The notes beneath the pieces were generated by a model. That model was not told the DNA's origin. It ran no database searches and worked only from the letters and a program-made list of their open reading frames with translations. Below, piece after piece: positions 12,913 to 26,188 of a stretch of 64,000 bases of DNA. The stretch is from NCBI GenBank assembly GCA_028023455.1, contig JAQFVV010000005.1, positions 18,414,001 through 18,478,000 on the forward strand. Reading direction: 5' to 3'. The DNA is from Epiperipatus broadwayi. Lineage: Eukaryota > Animalia > Onychophora. Position 1 is the stretch's first letter. Each line of letters starts with the position of its first letter. A program made the translations under genes and the position numbers.

Positions 12913-14149
12913 GGTATCCAATATATAACTTTAGCTAAATGTTAAGCAGCTAATTTGAGATATCTTAAAATTACATTACAATATTAGTATTAAACAATCA
13001 TTTTAATATTAAATATTTTACAGAAGGATTTAGATTAATAGCTAGAATGCTAAAGATAAAACAAACAATAAAAACTAATTGATTTAATTTAAATGCTCTC
13101 TATGAAATAATAATATTTTAATTTTGAATTTTTTTAAAAAAAATAAATCTATATAATATGGTATTAACATTGACAAAAATTGTCTCTTTAATATATTAAC
13201 AAAATATACATGATATCAAAATAAAAACATTATACTTCTGACACATTTTTTATGATAAGTTCAACAAAAGAGAAATTAAATCAATAATATAATAAAATCT
13301 AACAAATAACAGTAAGTGATAAATACATGGTAAATCTATGAGCATTTAACAATTCTTTAAAAATATGAGCTAAGGAAAACAAATTGTTCAAATAGGGATA
13401 GTTTTTGACTTTAACCATCTGAGAAAACTATCAAAATTTGGTGATGTCCCATTTAACATCATAATTGTATGACTTATAACAAATTGGGGGGGGGGGGTAG
13501 CCGAAATAAATTAGTTTACTGACATTTAATTGTATTGCTTTTTCACTTGTGACTTAGAGCTATTTCCATAAAGTATTAGCAATTCTATATATTTTACTTA
13601 TACATCAAGACATAATATTTAATCCACTTCTCAAAAAAATATTTACATCTAACAAATGATTTTCCGTAGCTCAATTTTGCTATATATATCTATATAATAT
13701 TCAGGCTATTGCTGTTTACTGAAAAGATATTCTTTGCTTCTTCTTTGAGATCTTAAAAATTGGAGTAGGGCAAATTCCTGTTGTCAATTCCTTACATTGT
13801 TACCATTGTAGCTTTTATTATATTATATGATTATTCATATTGTAAATAAACATAGAATAGGTTTCTCACTACTATGCATCAACCAGTCTTGTGAGCTATT
13901 GGTTTTTTAACAGTCAGTTTAAGATCAAGAAACACCATTGACTTTCTTCTCAATTGTCTGATACTTCTTAACTGAAATATCGGCTGAGTTTTCTTGAAGG
14001 CAGAATACATGTATGAATGAACTTTTTTAAAAATATTTACATTCATGAAAGATAAAATTAAATAATGGGTTTATTCCCAGGAAGCTATAAACTTATCAGT
14101 TGAACGAGTTTGAAATTGAAAGCAGAGACTGCTAATAATTTCCTGATTG

Positions 14150-14600
14150 TAGAACTAAGCTACCATTCAATGTTGATCTTTTATTTAGTTACCTACAATG
14201 ATACATCACTTTCAAATAAATGAAAATTATATGAAATGGAAGGGAAATTGTCTATTGTTAAATGGAACATTATTGATTTAAAAAGTGGATATGTGCTTTA
14301 TTACAAAAATATGAATATTGTGAGTACAACTTGAATGGGATATATTAAAATTAAAAGTAGGAGAAAAGCATTATAAAGATTAATGTTATATCAGAAAAAG
14401 TAGCAAGATAATTAATTATTCAACTTAATGGAAGATATTAAATGCAGATAATTCAGATTTATATCTCATTAAATTATCATTTATCAAGAAGAAATATAGG
14501 AGTTTATATAAATATACAAGATGTTTTAAATCAGACCCAAACATTTTAAAATTGCCATTGGTAACTTAAATGCTAATATTGGAAAAGGATTTGAAAGCTT
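14150..14600 (+). mobile_element. Highly degraded LINE (RTE/L2-like) AP-endonuclease remnant
   Basis: GNLNANIGKG (~14560), resembling the GDFNAKIG motif, and a KSGYVLYY segment. Confidence 0.5.
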
Positions 14601-14961
14601 ATCCATGGACTGCAGCTCAACTCTGCTATTTCCGATGCTTTAATTTTGTGTACTAAGTCTCATTTAATTATTATTTATTTTATTAAAGTCACCTCAATTT
14701 TTCAGAAGAAATAAATTAAAGAATGAATTAATGTTGAATAAGTTTGAATTTCAAAAGAGATAGAAATAACTTTGATATTAATGGATTAAAAAAACTAGTT
14801 TCGAAAATGATTAGTAATAATCATTAGTGTATTTATCTGAAACAGATGGCGTCAAAGTTGTGAGTGGAGAGAGTTTGACAATGGTAAATGAAAATGTAAC
14901 AATTTACTCTAGATAAATACTTTGCATATAATAGAGATATATATGAGAGATAGTGACTGGG

Positions 14962-15001
14962 CCAACTGATGAGTGCTGGTTCAGCACGAAATGCATCTTG
15001 G
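14962..15001 (+). ncRNA. Intact minimal type I hammerhead ribozyme (family A)
   Basis: ccaa-CTGATGA-gtgctg-gtt-cagcac-GAAA-tgca-TC-ttgg: 4-bp stem I, perfect 6-bp stem II, palindromic stem III AUGCAU, AUC cleavage triplet. Confidence 0.85.
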
Positions 15002-15479
15002 GGATCATTTGTCTTTTATTGTATCTTTATTTATATGAATTTAAAAAGAATGGGGAAGTATGGAGGTGTTTATTATAACTATGTAAATGTGTTAAACAGA
15101 AGAATAAATTATACTACAAAATATTAAGATATGAGCATACTTTCAGTATAGTATATCAGATTCATGGGAATCAATTATTCAAATTAATTATCAAAATTCC
15201 ATAGTATGTTTTGGAATTATGGTCATTAATGTTGACTGCCATGAATTTGGTGCATTGCACTAAAAGCATACTAGTAATATAGAGATAAACACAATAAATA
15301 ACGTTAAAATATAAAATTAATTTTGGTTGGAATGTTTTTCCTATAGAAATAACTTAATTATAAAAAGAAATATGCCATCAAATTTTTTTTAATTTTTTAA
15401 TATTTTGCTAATTTTTACTTGTAAATGTGAGAATTAATATTTAATAGAATAGAAAATCAAATATTACAGATCACATTTA

Positions 15480-15800
15480 AAAATGTGGAGAGTTGTATGC
15501 TAGAATTAACAAGGACAGATCAGACAGCAAAATATATGTTTTAGAGAACAAATAAGTATTATTAATATAACTAAGAAAGTACATACTACTAGAAGATATG
15601 ACAATCAATGGACAGCTGAAGAATTAAGTGGCCTACCCCCAAGAATTAAATGTTTTAGAAAAAGACTATATGGGAGACAAATGGATAAAATATTGAATTA
15701 AATGGACATGATCAAAACCATAAGAATAGATCTAAAGATACTTTAACCATGTAATAGATCGTTGAACATATATCAAGCATAAGTTGCGAAATCTTTCTGT
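15480..15800 (+). mobile_element. Degraded RTE-like LINE 3' fragment
   Basis: Frameshifted MWR..MLxLTRTD-like and LNGHDQ segments. Confidence 0.4.
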
Positions 15801-15824
15801 TACCTAATTAGGAAAGAATTTCTC

Positions 15825-15930
15825 TGCGTGACTTGGTGCAGCGGAAGTGTCAGATTTTGGAGTTCAAGGTCGCGGCCAGCTTGATGGTCGAACTTCTTAT
15901 GAACTACTTACCTACCACTAAACCACTTGA
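15825..15930 (+). mobile_element. tRNA-derived SINE-like repeat
   Basis: gcgtgacttggtgcagcggaagtg (A-box-like) ... gagttcaaggtcgcgg ... cgaacttcttatgaac. A related copy lies on the minus strand at 50822-50885. Confidence 0.5.
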
Positions 15931-16884
15931 TTCTTTTTCTTAGGAAAAAAATTTAAAAGTATAATTAAAACAGCCTAAAACGATTTGTACAAACTATTTA
16001 GAGTCTCAAAATTGATTAATTCCTTCAAATAAAAATAATGATTCTCCGCATAATTTATATAAATGTCAAACGCTTACTCTTTTTTAACTCTTCAAACTGA
16101 TTAAAATTAAAATCCTCGTTTTGTTTACTATTCTGGATATTTGACAAAGCAAGCATTCAGATTATAATTAAGTCTAAACTTAATTATCTATTTCAAAGGT
16201 AAAATAAAAATATTAAAAAAAAAAGATATAACTAAAAAATATGTAGTATAATAAAAACTATTATTACAGTTTGTAACAAAGAGAAAAGTCTGTTAACATT
16301 TCTTATTAATTAATCATTCTTTTTTCAACTAATAATTAAGGTTTTGTCAGATGTAGAAGGTAAAATAATACAAATTCAATAATTACTTATTTTCAAATGT
16401 TTAGAAATGTATTACTATTCTGACTTCAAGAATTGAGATGTATATATTAGATATAACATATACAAACTATCTCACATATAACATCCGTAAAACTAGACTC
16501 AACGCAAAAATATTAACCTAGACTAATATTAATTATATAAATATGTTTTAAGCAATATCTAGATTACAGATGTGTTTGTCCTTAATGACTAGTTGCTAAG
16601 AAGATTGTTCGATATTCAAATATGCAAATAGCACTTTGAGAACTACAGATCCCCATTCAACCAATCAAAGAGATTCTTTTTTTTACTTCACTTTTCTGAG
16701 AGTTGATCCAAATAATTTTTTAATTCGATTCTTCAATCTATCATTGTGATAAATAATTCAGGATGTGTTTACTTTTTTTCTACAGGAGGGAAACATTTAT
16801 TTTGCAATATATATATATAGCTCCTGATTCTTCCACTCCACTATGATAAATTACCACTTAGTGTGCGTTTACTATTTTAGTATA

Positions 16885-17290
16885 TTGGAGATTATTTATC
16901 TTTTCGACATATATGTGTTCAAGTGTATCAGTGTTATGAGATAGAGTGGAGAGTGGTGTGAAAGTCTGTGCTCATATACCCTATATATTACAATATTAAT
17001 AGTAAAAAATGATATCTACAAATACTGTAAACTATTTATATCTTATATATGTAATTAGAGGAATTTGAACTCAGGATTTTGTCTATTCATCTTCCACTTC
17101 ATTTCAATCAATCGATACACATATCCACACACATGTGAAAAAGATATATGATCCTAATATACATATTTGCAGAACCAGCACTCATCAGTTGAGCTAGATG
17201 ATAATCTCCAACATATATATATACAATCAGTGCTTGGTTTATATTAAGATAACAATTCCTTGAACTTTGATAACCATCCAATGAAAAAAC
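16885..17290. mobile_element. Family A fragments in opposite orientation (16885-17010 plus; 17050-17290 minus)
   Basis: The plus part matches 32775-32880. The minus part contains ccagcactcatcagttg (reverse complement of the hammerhead core CTGATGA-gtgctg). Confidence 0.8.
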
Positions 17291-17940
17291 AACAATGGAA
17301 TGCTATTTGAACTGCAAAAGAATATGTGGATTAAAAAACTGTACCAATGAACCATATTCATGCTGTGTAATGCAATGCAACTCAAGATTCGAAATCGATG
17401 AAGCTTATCAAAAATTCAAGATTCAAATATACCTGTACACAATCCTAAATGCAGTTAAATGTTTTAGAGAATTGTAAACATGAGTCTAGTTCAATTGGTT
17501 GAGTCATGCATTAAAACGTAAAAAAACATTTGTTATAATTTGACACCAGAAGTCACTGAGATGTTTAGCTGCAGTCAATCTACACAATGTCAGAATCATA
17601 AGCTATTGCAAAGAGCCTTGAACAGTTAATTGTGGCAATCCCTATCACAAATGGGATAATACATTGAATATTTTCTAAAGAAGTTCTTAATTTGCAAGTA
17701 TTTGTACAAATTTCATTAAGTGAAAGACCTTATCAAACAAGAAGGGTGGAGTATATATCACAGGAACTATTGTTGTATTTAATGATCATTACAAATTCAC
17801 TGCCCTGATGATCTTCCAATCTACCTTTATTGACATTATGCAAAATTCATCTATTACAGATGAAATACTCACTGCTTCTCCATTTGCTGTGAAACCACCA
17901 GTAAGAACAAAAATCACCTTAGCAACTCACTAGTTGAAAT
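17280..17940 (+). mobile_element. Degenerate cysteine-rich coding remnant, possibly transposase-derived (KDZ/Zisupton-like CxC)
   Basis: ECYLNCKRICGLKNCTNEPYSCCVMQCN and TVNCGNPYHKWDN in broken frames. The family assignment is a guess. Confidence 0.25.
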
Positions 17941-18194
17941 TTTATAGTCCATGTCGTGCTTCCATTAAATGGAAACACTTATAGGCAGTTTCCAGTAGAA
18001 TAAACTGAAGACCTATATACAGATACAAATATTTTAAAAGGTATCAAATATAATGATCAAGATTCTATTTTTTTTATACTATACCATGAATAAATTTTAT
18101 CAGGAACCAATCACCTCAAACTTGTTAGGATTCTGCTCCATTAAACACTCTCAAATGTCTACAAATGATATAAATATATATATAATTGTAAGGA

Positions 18195-18480
18195 CCTTGA
18201 ACTCAAACTTTCAAACTCCCTACATCTATTCAATCTATCGTATACAACTGATACATATGACCACATACATGTAAAAAAAAAAGATAAATGATCTCCAATA
18301 TATGTCTTTTGTGCTGAACCAGGGCTCATCAGTTGGTTCAGTTCACCATTTCCCCTATGCATATACAACCAGTGCTCAGTTTATATTAAGATAGCAAATC
18401 TTTAAACTTTAATGGACAAGCTTCTCACCTCTCCAACTCTTTAGCCATTCATTTCATTGAAAATCTGAGGATGGAATACT
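18195..18480 (-). mobile_element. Family A element with degenerate hammerhead; a partial second copy lies at 18600-18730
   Basis: Reverse complement ccaa-CTGATGA-gccctg-gtt-cagcac-aaaa-gacatata-ttgg. Flanking blocks match 32380-32470. Confidence 0.8.
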
Positions 18481-19250
18481 CAAAGTCCTGATCCCTCATA
18501 CATAGGACCTTAATATGTCCATTTAATTATGCAGAAGAAGGATACACAGAATACAGGCTGAATATGTAATATTTAAATATATGAATATTGTCTATACTAA
18601 ACTTAATGTAATAATAAGAGCCTTGAACTGAACTTTCAAGCTCCCTATATCTATGCAATCTATCTTATACAATTGATATTCGTGACCACATCCATATAAA
18701 AAAGATAAATGATTTCCAATATATGTATTTACATTAAGTTTAGTATAGACAACATGCATACATTTAAATATTATACATACACATACACACAGATGCCTTC
18801 TTTTAATACACACAAACGCACACATTCTATCAATAATAGTGAAGTATTTCTTGTCTAGAAAAACTTCAGCCAACAGATAAGATTTCAGCTACGTTTCTCT
18901 CTAACAACTTCTCACACTTGAGAAGTAAAGCATTTAATACTTTATTTAAATTCTGGAAATAAATGACAGATAATGTCAACACTGTGAAAGAGCAAGAGAC
19001 GACTTGAGATTATTCCTTGGCTTAAAATAAAAATTATTTATAAAATCAAATGTAATAAAATATTAAATTGGCTTCCCATTAATTATAACATAAATTGATA
19101 TATATATATACAATAATTCTTCATGCTCACAGCTTTAAAAAAATTAAATGAATAAAACGTAATTTATAATTTTGAATTCATAAATTTAGCTTACTTAATG
19201 CTTAATCAACTAATATTTTACAAATTATTTTTTGAATGCTTCTACTTTAG

Positions 19251-19449
19251 TTACATTTTCCACTTTAGGTTTACTTCCATTAACTTTATTGATGGCATAG
19301 ACACTTTTCTTCGTCTTCGCATATCAATTTTTTTAACTTGTGACCATATTTTAAATATAAAATATTCAGCAACTTCGATCATTGTCAGAAGATTCATATC
19401 CAGAAATAATCCGAGCTGCCCACCAATGTCACTTGTGATCAGATGATGA
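19251..19449 (-). CDS. Terminal exon of a DEG/ENaC (ASIC/pickpocket-like) sodium channel, TM2 and C-terminus; possibly pseudogenic
   Basis: After a ttttcatatatgactttAG acceptor: HHLITSDIGGQLGLFLDMNLLTMIEVAEYFIFKIWSQVKKIDMRRRRKVSMPSIKLMEVNLKWKM*. This matches the DIGGQxGLFxGxSxLTxxE TM2 signature. Confidence 0.8.
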
Positions 19450-19569
19450 CTAAAGTCATATATGAAAAGAGAGCTAAGAAACTGCTCTTTTAACTAGGTA
19501 TACTTGTAAAGAAATCCAGTTTCCTAAATTAGAGGAAAAGGAATCAAAACGAGGAGTCAGTAACTAATG

Positions 19570-19638
19570 TGATGTGATGTATTATGGCTTCTCCTTAAAC
19601 GAAGTCAAGAATATCTCAGCAATTATGCCCAGATAAAC
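19570..19638. mobile_element. Internal fragment shared with the hAT MITE at 4586-5018
   Basis: gtgatgtgatg...tggcttctccttaaac(g/a)aagtcaagaatatctc(a/g)gcaattatgcccagataaa is also present at ~4870-4942. Confidence 0.8.
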
Positions 19639-19649
19639 CTATTAGCCAC

Positions 19650-20880
19650 TTTATTTTCCATTTCCCACTCTAAATTTCCCCATATTCTGCTCCATCCCAT
19701 TTCCACAACATAATATTTGTCAACTCTATAATCTTTATATCTAAATCCCCTTTATCTTTTCCCAAACCCAGCATAAAAACCAATAATTCACTTTCTGTAT
19801 AATCACTTTTTTCATATTTATTCTTCCATAACTTCTTTATATGTACCCTTTCTGTTTTCAAGCATTTACATTCAATTAACAAATGTCTAATATTTTCTAT
19901 TCCTTCCTTACATAATTTACAAAATAAATCACCCATATTTTTCCATTTACATGTATATTCTCTTGTAGCTAAAGATCTTGTTCGAGCCTTAAATAATAAA
20001 CTACTTTCCTTACTATTATCATACATTAACTCACACTTAATATTCTGTTTATTTCTATATATATATTTAAATTCTTTTTACTCTCCATACTATTTCTCTA
20101 TCTCTCTAACTCCCTAGTCTTTATTAATAAATCTATTCTTTTATCCCATTCCTTACTACTACAACACTCAACAATCCTCTTAACACAATCATCCCATCTT
20201 TTGTACAAATATACTGATATAAATTCTTTATCCAAATCTTTTGCATACTGCATTACCTTTCTCACCCATCTTGTTACCTGCCCTTTACTCATAACCAATT
20301 AAATACTATTTTATCTATTCTTTTATTATCCATAAACTGCAATCTACCAAACATTTTCATTTTACTTTTTGCATCTCTTATATGAAAACTTGACCACCCC
20401 ATTTCTCCTTGAATTGCCTCTTTTGCTGTCCATACACCTGCATCCAATGCATGTCTTCCTACTTCCCTTTGAACTTTTTCTAAGTAATTTAATACCTCTT
20501 TACTAACATATAATGCATCATTACCATATGTTAACCCTGCTACTGCAACTCCTTTCCATATAATTCTAACTACATCATATTTATTATATGAAAACACTGT
20601 TAATTTCTTTATCAATCCCTTTCTTTTCTTTGCTTCATTTATCAATTTTTTTCTCCCATTCATCCAAATAATTTTTCCGATTACTTAAAATAATTCCCAA
20701 ATAACTATATCTATTCACCATACTTAACTTAATATCTCCCAATAAAAATTCTACATCTTCTCTTTCCCCAGAATTAACCATCATTGTATTTGATTTTTCT
20801 TCACTAAATTTAATCCCCATCTCTTTACCAACCCTTGCACATGTCCTCAACATAACTTCCATATCTTCTCTTCTTTCTAG
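19650..20880 (-). mobile_element. 5'-truncated LINE: RT thumb to C-terminal zinc knuckle
   Basis: Overlapping frameshifted ORFs 20635-20862 (YSYLGIILS), 20289-20663 (LTYG, EAIQGEMGWSSF), 20098-20298 and 19670-20026 (CKLCKEGIENIRHLLIEC). Confidence 0.9.
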
Positions 20881-21419
20881 CTTACTTGATGCTTAACCTT
20901 CAAGAATAATCACAATCAGCCATTTCCTTGTTTTGCAGAGTCAACCAGTCTTGGGATTATTCTGTTTCTCTAAATTTATTACTGTACTTTTTCAAATTCG
21001 ATAATTTTATTTTTTGTTTCTTATTTTGATTAATGTATAAATGTGTATGTTTGAAATAATTAAAATTGTATCGACGATATATGTTTAAAAGTTGAACATA
21101 CATATTATTTAGATTTTATTATTTTCTGTGGACTCGGCCATTGTGAAAAAGTACAAATGGAAGAGGATGTGGAGTTTATTATATTACAATGGAATTTTAT
21201 TACTTTATAAAATGATTTCTAAATACAGTAAAGATGAAAGAAAATGTTCGAAAAAATGCTAAGCATGATAAATTACCATTGATCGACAAAGTATTATTGC
21301 CAGATAAGAATAATAATACGAATGATTTTATTATTAGGAAGTTCATAAAAAATTAGAGCATTCCAAGAAGAGAAGATACTAAATTAGACTTTACAGCAAA
21401 TTTGATATATACATTTTCC

Positions 21420-21580
21420 TTTCACTGATTGATCTGCTCTTCCAAAATAATTTCTAGTTATCTGCCTGTTCCATTAAACCTTCTTATTCTGGAAGATAAA
21501 TTTCATTAAGTGCAGCTATACTGATTTTAAGTTTTAAAAACTCCTTAGTCACTTATACTGTCTATCATTCTGGTCTTATA
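21420..21580 (-). mobile_element. RTE-like endonuclease N-terminal remnant
   Basis: KISIAALNEIYLPE..GLMEQ..LFWK, resembling IAALSETRL..G.L.E..YTFFW. Confidence 0.45.
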
Positions 21581-22385
21581 GAGTTAGTATTAAATAAAAA
21601 AAATTTAAAAAAAAAAAAAAATAGATTTATAACCTTTAACTTTATTATTACCATTGTCTCTTGCTTACTACTGATAATATTATTTCTATTGGGCATCACA
21701 ACCTAGTCAGACTGAATAAAGCATGTTATTTTTAGACCATATTTTCTAAGTCCCTTGATTTCCATGGTAGCAATACTTCTCTAAATAGGGTTGCCTCAAC
21801 ATACAATATTTTCCCAGATGAAATTATTGTCACAAATTCAATTCCAACCTAACTCATTAGTGATTTATTAAACTGAGCAAAGATCACAACTATGGACTGT
21901 CAGCTTATTATCACATCTCTGCCATTGTTTTTTTAAATTTACAAGGATTTGAAGTAAAAAAAAACAATTAGAGTCAGATGTGTTGTGCTTACAATTAAAG
22001 GATGAAAATATGATTGTACAAATACACAATCCCACTCTCATATTTAGTACAGGGAGAAGATCTATGGCGCAAAAGGCTCATGATGGCTGGGCCTTATATT
22101 AACAGTGACAAATAAATAAAAAAGTGATGGTAGAAGATACTGTTTATATTGAAAACAATTCTTAGCCTTTGATGAACCAACATTTTATTCTATAAACAGA
22201 AAGAGGCACTATTGGTCAAGTAATGTTTATTTGTTATTCATAACTAATCCTTATATCTGAAGGTCATTCTACCATTTATCATCTATGGAGTTTGTTAATA
22301 GCCTAAGCACAGCAACTGGCATAAAATAAAAGAGAACATATAAATACTCTCATTCATTAATTGGAAGTGTATGAAAATATATATT

Positions 22386-22720
22386 TACAAACTTTAATAA
22401 TTACTCTTTTTGTTGCATTGCCAAATGTATACCATATAAATCATCCATGCACTTTACTACTGTTACACAATGCTTTATTTACTACCCTCTTTTACACTTT
22501 ACAGTTTTGATTGCCCCAGCAATCTTCTTCAGAACTCTTATATCTCCTAACTTCTAAATTCAAATTTTAAAAAATTTACCATTATATTTTTACATAATGG
22601 TAGTTCTGAAGAAGATTGCTGGGGCAATCAAAACTGTTAAAGAGGGTGGTAAATAAAGCATTGTATAACAGTAGTAAAGTGCATGGATGATTTAGTATTA
22701 TATGGTATACAAACTTTAAT
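22386..22720. mobile_element. Family C fold-back insertion with hammerhead-like cores and a 13-bp TSD
   Basis: TSD TACAAACTTTAAT at 22386-22398 and 22708-22720. Inverted arms ~22427-22536 / 22602-22710. Core CTGAAGA-a-gattg-ctgggg-caatc-AAAAC. Confidence 0.85.
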
Positions 22721-23099
22721 TGGTTATGTTAGTAAAAAAAATAGCAGGAATAACCCCACAGAAAATTAAAGTAGAAAAAAATGATAATTTCCTAAATATT
22801 CAGCTATAAAAAGTAAATTTTTAATGTAGTGTGCTTTATGAAAAACTATACAGTAAAAATTTTTGATGACAAGGAATCACTGTCACAAACTCTTATCAAT
22901 GTTAAAACCTTTTTAGTGTCACCATGGAACTTAATTATTTTTGTTGCATTTATATAAATATTTTTCAGGAAGTAACAATGTACAGCATAAATATCATTAT
23001 TATCCAAAGCTTTAATTAATATGGAAATACTTATAAGTATGTGACTCTTTAAGTATTTCCAAAGTGATTAAAGCTTTGGAATATACAAGATATAAATTA

Positions 23100-23980
23100 G
23101 GATATTGTCATAGCCTAGAAAATGATTAAAATACATAATAACAATAAGATTAACATTAATAAGCATGTAAGACGGTTAATTCCATCTCTTCAAAAGTTTT
23201 AATAGCAGTTTTATAAGACACATTTTGTGGATTAAAATAAGAGGCTAAGGTCATGAAAATAAATGGGTATTAGTGCTTAGGTCATCTAAATTTTACAAAT
23301 GATGTAATTGTTTTTGCAAATAATACTTCTGAGCTTTAAGAAATGTTTTAAGAGTTATCAGAAGAAGTAATAAAGTAATTTTCAATAGCTTTTGTCAGAA
23401 AAAGAAAAATTAAATATTGATAATCATAAATTATGAGATTAGAAACTACAAATATCTGAAGATTATTAATACAAATAAATACATCGTGAATGAAATTAAT
23501 CACAAAATTAAACTTGGATATAATATTTTGGGTAAAAATCTAATATTAAATATATATATACTTATGTGTAAGAAAAAGGTTTTTATCAATTATATATATG
23601 TGCCTAAGACTCACATACGTATCAAAAATTCAAAACAAAGACTTCAGATCACTCAATGAAATAATGAGAGAGGAATATTGAGAGCACCAAGAAAGGATAG
23701 AAAATTAAACATGTGGATAATGAAAAAAAATGCCAATAATATTTTTGAAAAAATTAAGAAGCTGAAATGGGGATGGGTTGGACATATTTCTAGAAAAAAA
23801 GTCAATAGATGGGCAGGTGAAGTCTTAAAATGAATCCCAAAAGATTTTAAAATATCTAGAAAGTGACTATGTGTAAGATGGATGAAAAACAAAGTTTGCT
23901 GGTAAGATGTGGAAAAGTGAAGCTATAAATCAAAGAAAATAGATTAAATTTGAAAAATCCTATAAAGAATCAATAAATGT
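23100..23980 (+). mobile_element. Degraded RTE/L2-like LINE RT fragment
   Basis: DDVIVFAN (~23300) and KKLKWGWVGHISR..NRW (~23755-23815). Confidence 0.65.
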
Positions 23981-24887
23981 TGAAAATGATAATGGTTTGT
24001 TAATTGCTATTTTTTAAAATATATATATATGTATTTTGTAATGAAAATGGCTATAAAGGACTGTTAATGAGCTATATGTGTCCAGGGAATTTCCAATGTT
24101 GACCACAATCCCTCTCTTATTATTGATATTTCTCATATGGTCAATATTTAGGATTGATGATGATGATCAAGCAAATTTGCATTCCTTATATCATCCCTCC
24201 TATACATTTACTATAAGCACAGGCTACATTTTTTGATCATCATCATTTTTTGACAATTACTTTCTGATGGTTGGTCACAATCCACTTTTATCTCTTCATC
24301 TTAGTTTGACATTTATCTACCATCATTCTAAAACAAAAAATTTTTAAAATAATAATATTACTCACCACTTTACCAAAAAAAGACCTAAACTCAGTTTAAA
24401 ACCTAAAATTTACAAATATTTATTTTTTAAATCTACAGTTCACCATGATATCTTGACTTTTCTTTAACACTACAGGATATGGTTTAAATGGGTTAAAACC
24501 ATGTTAGGTACAATTTTATATACTGATTATCTTAGATAAATGAATTTATTCATGTCAAACTTTTATCACCATTTATGCAATGGTAATCTCAGATAAATGA
24601 CTAATTTGTGCTACACTTGGGTTTCCATTTATGCACGAATACCAATAATAATAAAGGAATTGTGGTCAATATTGGTACTTATTGCACATAAATGGCTCAA
24701 TAACAGTAAATTAAAGCCATTTCCACTACAATATATATATGTGTGTGTTTTTAACATTCTATGGTAGTTTCAAATCATAAAAAATGTATTACAAAAGGAT
24801 AAGACTTGTGGTGTTGAATTATTATTTTTTAATCCAGTAAAAGTATTCATCCAGGGAGGCAGAAAATAGAAAAGTATTTATCATTAG

Positions 24888-24894
<7 letters not shown>

Positions 24895-24925
<31 letters not shown>
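24895..24925. repeat. (TA)n microsatellite
   Basis: Uninterrupted run of ~15 TA units. Confidence 0.95.
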
Positions 24926-24928
<3 letters not shown>

Positions 24929-25199
24929 AGGGGGGTGAATATAAAAATAAATAATTTATTCCAAACATATAAATTACTATAATAAAATAATAATAATTCA
25001 GTTCAATTATTTGTTTAATGTACATATGTATAACCAAAGACCAATTACAGGTTGCCCATAAAAAAATATACAATACAACAAAAAAATAAAAATAAAAAGA
25101 GGAGGAGAAGATGGGAGAAGAACAGAAGAGGGACAAATAATAAGATGAAAGAGAAGAATTATGGTGATGAAAATGAAAATAATTTTAAAAAACAAAGCA

Positions 25200-25700
25200 A
25201 ATTATAGAGTCATCTTTTTAATATTTCAAATGAGATTTCATTTTCTTTCAAGAAAAATGTGTCTAAATTTGAAGTATTTTTGGAGAAAAAGAGTCTTGAA
25301 CTGTAGGGGATGAATTAATTTGACATGTTCTTATTTTTGGTTTCAAATTCAGAATAGAATTTAAGTTTTTCAGATAAAGAAAAAAATTCCAGATATATTC
25401 AGAACTTGCTCAAATAAAGATCCTGCCATCCATTTAATACTCATCTGTAAATGAATATCCGGTTAATATTATCTAGAAGAGTGCCTCTGTTTCTTTGTAA
25501 ATGCATAAACATGATCTTTCTTTTAAAATCAAGACAAAGAATTATAACTCAGGTAAGATACTATATTCATACTTATGAGACAGAAGAAGTAGTCATATTT
25601 ATTTATCTGCTCTTTAAACAATTAGTCTACAGAGATATCAACAGACATATACATTAGCATAATAATTAATTAAATTTTCCATATTTGCAAACTATTAGAT
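25200..25700 (-). mobile_element. Degraded hAT (Charlie-like) transposase remnant
   Basis: IKWMAGSLFEQVLNISGIFFFI, resembling the VRWLSRG..L.RV..L..EI..FL hAT motif. Confidence 0.45.
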
Positions 25701-26082
25701 GTTACATAAAAAGCTAAATCGCAGATCAATTCTGAAAACAAATCATGTCTCGTCGCTGAGCTAAAAACATCTGCTGCTTTAAAATCATAAGCTAATTTTT
25801 TATGCACAACATTATTTAAATGACAGTGTTAAAAGTCAACAATAATGAAATTGTTTTATATAACTTTTTTTTAAATAAAAGTCAGAGCAAGTTTTAATGG
25901 TTAGAACAACACTGGTCTGATGAGAATAATCCTAACTTTTTAATATAAAAGTTTAATCCATTTTAATTATATCTTTAATCTAATTTTGAATTTCTCTTTT
26001 ATTAGTTACTCAATTTTATTTGCTGTTGTTCTTGATCCAGTGTTTTAATATACTGAGTATTAATTAAATAAAAATAATATGG

Positions 26083-26188
26083 TTTTTTTTTTTTATGTGT
26101 CATGGCATCGGCGGGAAAGCGAACCCGCTAACCCATGACAATTGCTTGTAAGGCAGTTGTGCTAACCTCTCAACCACTAACGCTTGAC
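26083..26188 (-). mobile_element. tRNA-Gly-derived SINE (T-arm duplication subfamily, TAC at the anticodon position)
   Basis: Reverse complement gtcaagcgttagtgg...gccttacaagc...gggttagcgggttcgc...tgacacat followed by poly(A). Confidence 0.85.

Noticed and set aside
13486-13498. Poly-G run (and poly-C at ~62708-62720) as element termini or G-quadruplexes
   Set aside because: Isolated homopolymers with no partner terminus found.
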